Shown here piece by piece: positions 12,820 through 23,995 of a DNA stretch of 64,000 bases. The stretch comes from Podarcis pityusensis. Taxonomy: Eukaryota. Positions within the stretch are counted from its first letter, which is position 1. Each line of letters begins with the position of its first letter. The notes under the pieces were generated by a model that worked only from the letters and a program-made list of their open reading frames with translations, did not search any database and was not told the DNA's origin. Made by a program: the position numbers and the translations under genes. The stretch is from assembly GCA_964106645.2 (NCBI GenBank), contig OZ067051.1; one strand, written 5' to 3'.

Positions 12820-14036
12820 TAAGCCTGGTATAGCAGGACATGAATCTGCCTTCTTGATGGGAATGAAAAGGTCTTAAAGGTCTTCATAATGGTTGCCAGA
12901 GATTTTGCAGAATCTCTCACTGATCCTTGTGGGCTCATAGAGTTGATCCATGTGACCCCAAGCTGGCACAGAGCACATGGAAAATGGCGAGAGCATCACA
13001 GCTGGTCACACAGTGGAAGAAACCACTGTCCAATTGCTCCAGCGTGTAGCCAGATCAATTATGATCCCTGTCTTCTGCTAAAAATTGATGTGGCTGCAAG
13101 GCAGATCAAGCAGCAAACATGCCTGGTGTCTGTGGCCAGCAGGAGCATAGTTTGAGATTGGCATGTGCTCAGGGCCTCTTTGGGGTCATGTGGGTTGGCC
13201 TCTGTATGTGGCCCACTGGGTAACAGTGGCAGAGTGCAAGCTTGGGAACTGGACATGGAATCTTCAGATAATCACTTCTTAGCTGTTATTACTCACAAGC
13301 TGAATATGGGAAGCCAGCCTTCCCCAGTCTCCTCTGGTCCTGATGTTTTGAACCAGAACACCCATCAGCCTCAGCTTTGCAGCTGCTGTGGCTGAGGCTG
13401 ATGGGAGTCAGTAGTGCCAGCTTGGGTGCCCGGGCCGTGAGTGCCATGCAGCATGCATGATATTGGCACCAAAATTTGTGGGTGCTGGGCACTTTCATGG
13501 GGAATTTTGTGGGTGCTCGGTCACCCAGAGCCCCAGGGAGTTGGCACCTATGATGGGAGTTGTAGTCCAAGATTTCTGGAGGGCATTAAGTTGGGAAACG
13601 GCTGCTCTAAAATGTTTGGATAAAAAGAATGGCTGGAGCTTGATGGGAATGATCAATCAGAATGATCAAATTCAAGCCAAGCAGTGGCAGGGAAAGTTCA
13701 TGCTCTGAACTGTAGCAGCAGAGTCGTGCCATTCCCTTTCCCCCATGATGAATGCAGTTATCACTTGATGGCTTCTCGGGTCGGCTCTCTCTCTCTCTCC
13801 CCCATAGGATTTTCTAATTGTGTTGGCAGCAGACACGGCTTGAGGAAGCCACCATGAGTAGCAAGATCCACCCCAATGACAGCATTTAGGGCAGCACGTG
13901 GACCTGATCCCCCAAGTTTTCCATTGTTGTTGGTGGTCATGAGTGCCCAACTTGGTGGGTGGGTGGGAGATGCAGAGCAGGCAGGAAAAGCAACAGAAGG
14001 GGAGGAAATGTCTTAACAACTCTGTCTATATAACAG

Positions 14037-14184
14037 TTATAGGACTCTTGCTACAGAGCATGAAGCTTTAATGCAGAAGTACCTCCATTTACTTCAGATT
14101 GTGGAAACGGAGAAAACAGTTGCCAAGCAACTCAGGCAACAAATTGAAGATGGAGAAATAGAGACTGAGCGCCTGAAATCTGAG
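14037..14184 (+). CDS. RASGRF1: RasGRF1 exon 3 (coiled coil)
   Basis: aacag|[49 protein letters not shown]|gtaaa; 148 nt. Confidence 0.95.
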
Positions 14185-15484
14185 GTAAAAACATGCTGAT
14201 TATGCAAAGGGCAAAGGAGCCTGTGCGGTTGGTCCTTGTAGGCTGCATTCAGACATGCATCATGGCAGGAGAAATGTACCCCCTTCCTCTCAGTGGAGTT
14301 GGGGTTTTTTGCCAGCAATGGGAAGGACCCTTTGGGGTATTTGATGGCACACGATGGGCTGTTTTTGCTGCTCTCTGACTTCCAATTTGCTTTTAGGCGC
14401 ATTGTATACTTTGCCTATTTTGATTTTACTATGTTTATGGACTGTTTGCATTTGTGTAGCAGTATTTATTTAGTTAGTTATAAAAAAATGTACCTATATC
14501 GCTTTTTACAAAAAAAATAATAATATGAAAGCAGTTCACAACAGCAAAAAATAAGATAAAACCATACCACAAAAGCATAAAAGGTTAAAAACAAGGAAGT
14601 TTAAAACCAAGATCATTAACCCATTTTGCAGGACTCTTAATTGCCTGAATAGGCCTGGTGTAATTGAAAAATTTCATCAGGCATTTAAAGGTTGGCACAG
14701 AAGGTGCCTGTTGAATCTCCACAGAGTCTGACAGGACTGGGCCAATGACTTGGTTTCCACTGCTGTCAAATGAGCATCACCACTCTGGGAATGAATAATG
14801 ACACTCCTGCAAATGATCTCGTGACCGAGCTGGAATAGAAATATTCAGATGATGCCTAAGGTACCCTGGACCTAAGTTGTTCAGGGTTTTTTAAATGAAT
14901 ACAAGAATGTGGATTCATTGTTGCTATTTCTTTGGTTTAAAACTTTATCTAGTTTGTAAATATTTCTGTAAGTCACTTTGGGCTGTTTTGAGAGAGGTGA
15001 ATTGTTAAGCAATTTAATAAATAACCATAACCGTAATGCAAAGGAAAGCCATCAGAAAGGTGGCATGTTCTAGAGTTGAAGAGATTTGTAGCATTCCAGG
15101 TGAAAATGCCATGGTAACCAGATTCACACATGCACAGGCAGGGACTGAACCTGTGTCCTGCTTCTGTATGGAAAAACCTGTGTCTGAATGGTGTTTTGAA
15201 AACCAAGTCTCTGGGCTGAAGTGTTTACCCTTTGACAAGAGACTACTTGAAGTTCCACTAGTTACTTAGTGCTGGCTGTGCAGGAGACATTAGTACCTTA
15301 AGCACAGCAATATTCATCTGGAAGGGGGTTGCGTAAGATACTGTCGGTTGGGCAAGTTATGGTGTTCAACGAATTTTAGAAGCGATGCCTAGAAGACCCC
15401 TAATCTGAAAACTTGGTTTCTTCTAGCAGTAGCAGACCTTGCCACAGGCATGACTGTTATGGGTCAAGTCATCCTTGTAAGTCT

Positions 15485-15730
15485 CAGCCTGGAGGTCACA
15501 ATATGAGGAATGGTTAAGGAGTTGGGAGCAATATGAGAAATGGTTAAGGATGTTGGACATATTTAGTCCGGAGAAGAGAAGACTGAGAGGTGACATGATA
15601 GCCATATTCAAATACCTGAAGGGCTGTCCCATGGAAGACCGAGCTGCTCCAGAGGGGAGGATCCAAACCAATAGATTCAAATGGCAAGAAATGAGTTTCC
15701 AACTAAACATAAGGAAGAATAATTCCATGG
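15485..15730 (+). mobile_element. CR1 LINE ORF2 3' fragment
   Basis: FSPEKRRLRGDMIAIFKYLKG; a similar CR1 piece lies at ~31220-31480. Confidence 0.85.
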
Positions 15731-16399
15731 TTGTAATAATATTAGGATGAAGGAAGAGCAGAAGCTGTACATTGTATAGTTTTTAAAAATCGAGCAACGA
15801 GTAATCCAAGAACTATCAATATGTTGGTGCATAATTAGTCTGCCTCTGTGCTTAAATTCTTAGTGTTGTACTTTCTGCTGTTCCCCTCAACAACACCCCA
15901 CTACCCTTTGAAGCGCAGATCAAATGACATTTTCCTTTAATGTGCAAATTTTGCTTACTGGATTTTGAAAGGGAAAAGCAGCTCTTTCTGCTGTGTAAAA
16001 GATTTATCAGCAGACCAGCCAGGAACTCTCCCTGCTTGCAGAGGAGTCATTTCAGCTATTAGCATGGCTAATATCAGAAGTGAGTCCATTTTGTTCTGAA
16101 TATGATCTGTTTGATAATGCCTAATTATGAATAAATTGCACACTGTGTTAAAGTCAGTGGTTTGGTTGGTAGGTTTATGGGGACAAGATTGTCACTGAAA
16201 GGACAAGGTCCACCAGTTGTAATTATTTATTATTGTTTATTTGTTGCTTTTTCTTTTCTTTTCTTTTTCCTCAAAAGTGAAATTCAAACTGACTTGCAAA
16301 AATGAACATTAGAAACAAGGATAAAGCAACTTAAAATACACAAGTAATATAGATAGATAGAAGAGCAGATCCTTTTCCAACCCATGAAAAGATAAGCAG

Positions 16400-16862
16400 A
16401 AAATTAAGATCCTAAGACTTTGGGGGACTAAAAACACAGTGATAGCTCCCGGCATGGCTCCCTGGGGAGAGCATTCCACAAGCAGGGAGCCACCACTGAC
16501 AAGGCCTGTTCTTGTGTTGCTGTCCTCTGCCCCTTCCTTGGAGGGAGCACATGGAGAAGGGCCTCATGTGGGGAATTCAGAATCTGGGTTGGTTCATGTG
16601 GGAAGAGGTGGTCTTTGAAGTATGGGGGTGTTGAGCTACATAAGGCTTTATTGGTCAAAATCAGCACTTGGAATAGGGCCCAGAAACTACTTGGTAGCCA
16701 GTGCAGTCAAGCCAGGATTAGTGTAATGTGCTCAGAACCTCTTGTACCAGTGAGCAACCTGGTCGCGGAATTCAGCATCAGCCACAATTTCCCAACCATT
16801 TTCAATGGCAGCCCCACATATAAAGCATTGCAGAAATCTAGCTGAGCAATTGCCAGAGCATT
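16400..16862 (-). mobile_element. L2 LINE ORF2 fragment (old)
   Basis: LDFCNALYVGLPLK...HITLILA...ALSVVAPCLWNALP. Confidence 0.8.
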
Positions 16863-16879
16863 GAAAACAGGAGTGTCTC

Positions 16880-17185
16880 CACCTCCATCATTGAGCCTGG
16901 ACCCGGAAGTCCAGCTGCGAGAGCCCCCTGGCAGTTCCCTCACTGCGAGAAGTGAAGTTACGGGGAACGAGGCAGCGGGCCTTCTTGGTAGTGGCACCCA
17001 CCCTGTGGATCACCCTCCTGTCAAATGTCAAGGAAATAAAAAACTATTTTACTTGGGAGACATCTGAAGGCAGCCCTGTATTGGGAAGTTTTTAATGTTT
17101 GATGTTTTATTATGTTTAGGAAGCTATCCAGAGTGGCTTGGGCAACCCAGAGCAGGGTACAAATGAAAAAATATTATTATTAATA
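16880..17185 (+). mobile_element. L2 LINE 3' end
   Basis: AVPSLREVKLRGTRQRAF plus 3'UTR and (TAT)n tail, matching the 60603-61857 family. Confidence 0.8.
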
Positions 17186-18049
17186 ACAGAAGTTAGGCTA
17201 TCCCTCTCCAGACAGGGGTGTAGCTGGGCCACCAGCCAAAGCTGACAGAGGGCACTTTGTGCCACTTGAAGTCAATTGAGCCTTAAGTGACAGTAATGAA
17301 TCCACAAGGCTACACACCTGCTCCTTCAGAGCAGAACAGACCAAATCCCACCCTTCCTCTCAGCTACTTAGAATAATAGAATTGTAGAGTTGGAAAGGAC
17401 CCCAAGGGTCATTTAGTTCAACCCCTGCGACGCAGGAATCACAGCTAAAGAATGCCCGACAGGTGGCTATCCAACCTCTGTATAGAAACCTCCCGCAAAG
17501 AAGAGGACTTGCCACAGGGCCACAGTTTGAAGGACATGCTGCGGGGGGGAGACCATGTTGGGCTCAGGGGTGCACCAGATGTGCACATTCTCTGAGCCCA
17601 GTTCTTTCCCATGAACATCTGCATTTTGCTTGCACTCCTTCTCCCCCCTATTCAGATGAATGGGACTGAGCCTTTTGTGTCTTCTGTGTTCCTGCACATG
17701 AATTATAATAGTTTGATAATGGAACAAAGACTCTCTCTCCCAAGGTGTGCACACTGTACATTTGAAACACATCACACCCCAAAGAATCATGGGAACTGTA
17801 GTCTTCTCAGGGTGCTGAGCTCTGTGAGGTGCAAACTAGAGTTCCCAGGATTCTTTGTGGGGAGGCATCTGCCTTTAGGTGTGTTTATATGCTGCCTGAA
17901 GAGTGGGACAGAGAGGGGTTGCATTGCCAGGCAGAAGTCTCCCAGGAGGTACTTAATGGACACCCCACCCCCTTTTAGGCCTAGGAAGAGGTCCCTACTT
18001 TTTCTCTAGCCCCTCAACTCCACCACAACCCTGATCTATGGGAGTGGAG

Positions 18050-18380
18050 CGGGGGCGGCCTTTTAAAAATAAGCAAGCCTCCTGCATAACTCAGGATCCT
18101 CACACCCACCTGCCCCCTTTCCCTGTTTTGCTGCCCAGAGCACCCATATGCGGCATGCGGCATGACACTTAAAAAGAGGGGGTGTGATGTTTAAAAATAC
18201 CAGGGCTCTAATGGAGGCTGCTCTGTATCTCGTTGCTAGGGGCAACCTCAGGATGTTAAACTGAATGGCATCAGCTTCGAAGGGACAATGCTTTCGTGCA
18301 TCTCTGATTTGTTGTTGTTGTGATGTCACTTCCCCAGAGCCAATCTTGCTTCTACGCCTCCCAGTTCATTTGCATGCTTG
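18050..18380 (+). promoter_or_regulatory. Candidate intronic promoter/enhancer motif cluster
   Basis: GC box 18052-18058, RFX X-box-like GTTGCTAGGGGCAAC 18232-18246, CRE-like TGATGTCA 18321-18328, ETS core ACTTCC 18328-18333, AGCCAATC 18338-18345, octamer ATTTGCAT 18368-18375. No recognisable repeat in this stretch. Confidence 0.45.
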
Positions 18381-19981
18381 AATTTGATTTGTTTAGGAGT
18401 TTTCTTTGCATGGAAATAGACATTTTACATCTCCGTCTTTCAGTTCATACAAGGAGTGTTTGCACCAAAACATTGTTCTGGTGAGCTGCCGGGGCATGAC
18501 CTCAGCTAAGAGGCCGAGGGGTTGAAAAAGCAGCAGGGAGCATCCAAGACAAGGAGCCTCCCTTCTGACTTCAGTTGTACTTCATGTGCACCCTGCGTTT
18601 GTTTATGCATCCCATTTTTGAACATTTGAAAATGTGCAACAAGTTAACGGATGCAAGATAAAGAAGAATGAGGCTTCTGGGTGCAACTGGCGGATCAGTC
18701 TGGCCCAGGAGGTTGTCTGAGATGCGCAATTCAAGCTGATTGACCTTTATGGATATTGGGAATATTTTCCTGGGAATCCAAACCAACCTCAGCCTTGACT
18801 CTGACCTGCAGTATTATGACAGACCACATTGCAGAGCTGTAGTAAGCTAGAAAGTAGATAGAGAAAAAAGATTTCTCCCTCTCTCACAACTTGTGGACAC
18901 CCAATGAAACTGAATGCTAGAAGATTTGGGACAGATCAAAGAAAGTATTGCCAGAAACTACAGGAGGGGAGAAGGCTCTTGGGCTTGGATCCTGCTTGTG
19001 GGTGTCCTACAAACACCTGGTTGTCCACTGTGAGAACAGGATGCTGGACTGGATTGTCAATTGAGGTTTGACTGTTTTAGCTTTGGGGTTGGCATTATCT
19101 GGGCCAACTTTTAAATGTTTCGTTCTAAATAAGAACTGAGTTAGAAAGGGCCAACCATCAGGAAGCTCTTGGCTCTGCTGCTATCTTTTAGACTTTTTGG
19201 AAGGTGGGATACTGATGCCCGGTCTCAGCTGCATTAAAATCTTGGAGTTTTACTGTGGTTTTCAAGGACTGCTTGCACTGCCATTGATTGATGCATTGAG
19301 AAACAGCTTCTCAGTCTGAATCAGGAAATAACACCTTCTGACAACAGAATGGTCTGCTCTGTACTTCTTGCTATCCACACACCATACCTTTAAAGCACTA
19401 GTATACCCCTTTGATAGTTTGGAGGATCCTGGGAACTGTGGTTGATTAAGGGTGCCTGGAATGGTCACCTTGTGAGGTCAGCACCAATAACAACCTACAA
19501 TTCCCAGGATTATCCATGACTGGGTGTCAGATTCCTCTTCCTGCTGTCCTTTCTGAATAACTCCATTCCATCCCCCCTTTTTTCCTTCCAGTGGCTCAAC
19601 ATTCCATGTTGTTGAGTTATTCTGGATCCTTCTCTCTCTTGGTTTTTCTCTCTAGAGATTTTCTAGAGCATTTGCAAATCTCAGGGTTACTCTGAGTCTG
19701 CCAATACCTTTCTCTTTTGCGTGGGTGGTGCGGTTTGGGCTACAGAAGCATGAACACAGAAAGACATTAATCAGATTAGGGGGGGAAATGATATTTATAC
19801 ACTGGGCTAATTAATTCAGAGTAAGTCACAATTTTACATCTACATCACCAACGCATGTGTTTTCCTTTACCTAACTGATGGTGATTCAGCTTCCAAGCAA
19901 CACAGTTCCAAATTTGCCTTCGGAAAGTAACCATCCTTTAAAAAAACAAAAACATTTATATGAAATAATACTGAGAATGCT

Positions 19982-20503
19982 GCCACAACAGCAGCAAGAA
20001 TACTTATTGCAAAGTATTGGAAGACACAAGATTTACCCACTCTGGAAGAATGGCAGATGAAGGTGATGGACTATATGGAACTGGCGGAAATGACTGGCAG
20101 AATCCGAGACCAGGGAGAAGAGTCGGTGGAAGAAGATTGGAAGAAATTTAAAGACTATTTACAGAAATACTGCAAAATTAATGAATGTTAGAATGATGTC
20201 AGAATGAAGTTAAGTGGTTTTAGCAGTAATGCTATAAAGGTGTATGTAAAAATGGATTGTTAACAGGTGAAAATCCAGTTATAATATGTTAAGTTAAAGG
20301 ATTAAGACAAAAACAAAGAGGGAAAGGAATTGCTGAATTAACTAACAGAACTGGAATACAAAAAAGGGAGGTGTGAGGAGGTCAGGGAAGTAAGGAAATG
20401 AAATGTAAGGCATGGAAAGACTGATGTGTTTCCCCCCCCCCTTTTTATTTATGTAATCCTTTCTTTGAAACTTTAATAAATATCATTTTTAAAAAAGAAA
20501 AAA
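19982..20503 (+). mobile_element. L1 LINE, 5'-truncated
   Basis: ORF2 C-terminus ATTAARILIAKYWKTQDLPTLEEWQMKV...CKINEC* (stop 20189-20191), AATAAA, A-rich tail, TSD GAGAATGCT (19973-19981 / 20504-20512). Confidence 0.85.
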
Positions 20504-20751
20504 GAGAATGCTATCGGCTCCCTGCCCCAGTCCCCAAGAGACAGCCCTGAACAGGAGGGATTTGGCTGTGTCAACTGAAAGTAAAGGGCAGGAGGCCTGG
20601 CTACCTGGCACAGGTATTGCCATCTTCTCAGTCAAAAAGTGAAGAGCTGAGGCAGCAGGTCACAAGGCAGGTGGGGAAGGAGGCTGGTGGGTTGTGCCAT
20701 GTCAAAGAGGTCCTGCCTCCTCTTAGGACCAGATCAAAGCCCTCATAGCAG

Positions 20752-20935
20752 ATGGGACACAAGAATGCAAACAAGATGATAAATTGCTGGTAAAAATTTA
20801 TAACGATGAAAGTGGGAGCGGGAGATGTGAGGGAGTCCAAAGAAGATGTGAAATTATGTTAGGACATATGTTATATTGTCTATTATATTTGTTTGTACCT
20901 TAAACCCTAATAAATATTTATTAAAAAAAAAAAAA
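20752..20935 (+). mobile_element. Short poly(A) retro-insertion (probable L1 3' end)
   Basis: AATAAA plus pure A tail; 16-bp TSD AAAGCCCTCATAGCAG (20736-20751 / 20936-20951). Confidence 0.8.
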
Positions 20936-21184
20936 AAAGCCCTCATAGCAGGATGGGCAAGCCTGAAAACCAAACAGGGGGCACGTTATTCTCCTCACAA
21001 TAACCCTACAAAGCAATATAGGTAGGCTGCAAGAGAGTGACTGGGAGGCACTTAGCCACTAATCTTCAACACCATCACAGACACACACGACCATCACTGT
21101 GCTGTCAACCCCCTTCCCCTCCAGGGCCAGTGTCCTCCCCCCTGGTCCCCATCTGTAGCTTACAAAAAGTGGAGGCAGGGGCCT

Positions 21185-21230
21185 CCTTCCTTCCTTCCTT
21201 CCTTCCTTCCTTCCTTCCTTCCTTCCTTCC
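21185..21230. repeat. (CCTT)n microsatellite
   Basis: Direct observation. Confidence 0.95.
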
Positions 21231-21582
21231 TTTCTTCCCTGCATTGCAAGGAGTTGGACTACAGGGTGCTTTGGGTTCCTTCCAACTCTACATTTCTATT
21301 TATTCTTTCCTTCCAGGGTGGCTGTGCATCTTGCAAAAGGCATTGCTAGGGGGACTTGTGTCATCCGCCCTCTGAGCTGCCCTGTGGCATTGTGTTTGGA
21401 TTGGAAGCACATCCTGCCACCCTGAGATCAAAGTTTTTAAAAGACGTTCTAAACTCTTTAAAAGGGAGAGGAGGGCAGGGGAATTGGGGCCCAGTGGAAA
21501 AGATGGAATGGGGAGTTTGAGATCCTGGAGCCAAAACTCGACAATGCCCCTGAAGCCAAGTCACCTTGTGGGGAATGGGTGA

Positions 21583-21584
<2 letters not shown>

Positions 21585-21626
<42 letters not shown>
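21585..21626. repeat. (GT)n microsatellite
   Basis: Direct observation. Confidence 0.95.
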
Positions 21627-21627
<1 letters not shown>

Positions 21628-22036
21628 CAGCCTGGAAAAGCAAAGGGAAGGTGCAACCATCCCATGGGCGTAGTCAGGATTTTTGGTAGGGAAGGCAGGA
21701 CTGGGGGGGGCAGAACTGACATGATTGGTCAGTTAGTTACCGGTAAGTATTTCTATTGTTTTACTTGATCTGGGGGGGGGCAGTTGCCCCCTGCGCCCCC
21801 TCCGGCTATACCCATGACTCAAATGGATACAAGCAGCAGTAAGTGGAGGCAACCTCCTCTCCTCCACCGCCGCCACCCCGGGCTGCTCCACAAGGTGGAA
21901 ATTGCATGAAGCAGTTTTCGGTGAAGCCTTAAAAGGCATTTCCTGATGGTAAGAGCACTTGACCATGGGAAGGGGGCCTATTTGGAGGGGGGAGCAGGCA
22001 TGTAAGCAGAACAAGAGAGCCACTTCAGAGGAATGA

Positions 22037-22757
22037 TGTCAGGAACGTCCCTTCCCAGAGCGACAGCGAGTGCTCCAAGGATCAAAGGGGGTGGCAGGCA
22101 GAAAGTGACAGAAGCTTGCTTTCTTCACATGCAGAGAGTAAGGCAAGCCCTGCTCGTCCTGGAATGCAAGTTGTAAATTTCCAGGACAGTGAAAGGCAAG
22201 CAGTAGGGCAGCAGCTTTCAGGTACACTCTCAGGGAAGGAGGGGCAAACTAGACAATCTGCTCATGAGTCTCCTCGTACTGGAAGGATGAGCAGAGCTCA
22301 GGCTTGGCGTCAGGCCAACAGAAGGCGGAGCAGATGGCGTATATCCTGTTGGGAAAGAGCCCACCTTCCAGTGGGCTCAACTCACCCATCGAGTGAGGAA
22401 GATTGAGCTGTGTGCTCGGACTGAACTACTGTGTAAATACCAATACAGTGGTACCTCGGGTTACAAACGTTTCAGGTTACAAACGCTTCAGGTTACAAAC
22501 TCTGCTAACCCAGAAGTAGTTGCTCTGGGTTGAGAACTTTGCCCCAGGATGAGAACGGAAATCGCGCGCTGGTGGTGCAGCGGCAGCAGGAGACCCCATT
22601 AGCGAAAGTGCGCCTCAGGTTAAGAACGGTTTCGGGTTAAGAATGCACCTCCAGAACAAATTAAGTTCATAACCCGAGGTACCACTGTCAATCTGAAAGT
22701 TATAAAACTGCCAGCCTGCTGTCTCTTGGTGTGGGAGGGAGATTGTAAATCCTGACA
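22037..22757. mobile_element. Solo LTR (Gypsy-like) with nested MITE
   Basis: Termini TGTCAGGA...TCCTGACA; flanks AATGA/AATGG (5-bp TSD, 1 mismatch). Confidence 0.65.
22446..22687 (+). mobile_element. Tc1/pogo-type MITE
   Basis: CAGTGGTACCTCGGGTTA...AACCCGAGGTACCACTG. Confidence 0.9.
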
Positions 22758-23078
22758 AATGGTGTCATGGCAGAGTTTGCGCAGGGTGGGGAGCTGAGCC
22801 AAGTGACCTCCATGATCTTGTCTAGTTCTAGGATGAGTTTGTAAGTACTGTGAGGAGTGAGGGGTAGGCCCTTTGTTACAGTTTTTAGGAGGCTGCCATG
22901 CAGTGGCTTACCAGAAGTCAAGGCATGTCGAGGTGAGGGGGCTACCGGAACTTGTATTAGGGGACCCCCCTTTGATCCCCCCACATTAACCTGAGTACTG
23001 GCCTTTGGGGATCTCATTCAAACCATTTCATTGAAGTGATATCTTGTACTGGACCAACTGATATAAGAGGATGTAAGC

Positions 23079-23208
23079 CAGGCATAGGCAAACTCGGACC
23101 TCCAGGTGTTTTGGGACTACAACTCCCATCATTCCTAGCTAACAGGACCAGTGGTCAGGGATGATGGGAGTTGTAGTCCCAAAACATCTGGGCATTTGCA
23201 TATGCCTG
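23079..23208. mobile_element. hAT hairpin MITE
   Basis: Near-palindromic; exact 8-bp TSD ATGTAAGC. Confidence 0.9.
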
Positions 23209-23902
23209 ATGTAAGCTTTTGAGCTGCACAGGGCTCTTCATCAGAGAAGTTTTGTGGAATTCACCCTATATTAACATCAAGTGGTTTGGTAAAAAAAATC
23301 AAATACTTTGTGTGTGCCTCCTGCAATAATATGGAAGAAAATGTCAAAGGACTATATGAGTTTATTATTGCCTGCCAGGGAAAGGGCCTTTTCAGTGGTG
23401 TCCCTCCAGCTTATGGAATACTTTCTGAGAAGGCTCAACTGGTGCCAATGTTAGGCGTTTCTTTTGACACCAGGTGAAGACTGTTTGCTCTTTTAAAATC
23501 CTATGTTTTTATTTCTTATAACTCTTTTTCCTCATTTTGGGGGGGGGGGCGTGTTTTACTGATTTTATGCTGTTGGGTGCTTTTACGCTGCTGTTTGTTA
23601 ATTGTGCTGGCAATGCTCGTAAATATTGATTATTTTTAGCACTGTTGCATTTGAATTTCATTGATTTTAATTCATGAGCCACCCAGAGGACACAGTTGAT
23701 TGGGTGGCATAGAAATGCCCAAATCGAAATAAATCTGTGATGGAAGCTCCCCCATGGAATTCCAGGGAGTTCCGCACATCTTGCTAGAAGTGCATCTCTC
23801 ACTGGCTGGGCACCTTCATCATGATGGGCCCCCTGAGTGAAGCTGGCTTGTTACCATGTCAGTCCTTTCACCTTTACTTCTCTGTTTACTGTCTGCTCCC
23901 AG

Positions 23903-23995
23903 ATTGCAGCCTTACTCAAAGACAATGAGCGCATCCAGTCCAATCAGACCAATGCACCCAACGACGATGACAGTGACATCAAGAAGATCAAGAAG
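23903..23995 (+). CDS. RASGRF1: RasGRF1 exon 4
   Basis: cccag|IAALLKDNERIQSNQTNAPNDDDSDIKKIKK|gtagg; 93 nt. Confidence 0.95.

Noticed and set aside
16400-17185. Twin-priming inversion of a single L2
   Set aside because: Both pieces cover the same 3' ORF2 region and differ strongly in sequence, so they are independent insertions.
18374-18486. ATG 18374 to donor CTG|GTGAGC as an alternative first coding exon
   Set aside because: It ends in phase 2 and exon 4 needs phase 0; it could only be a non-coding or uORF-bearing exon.
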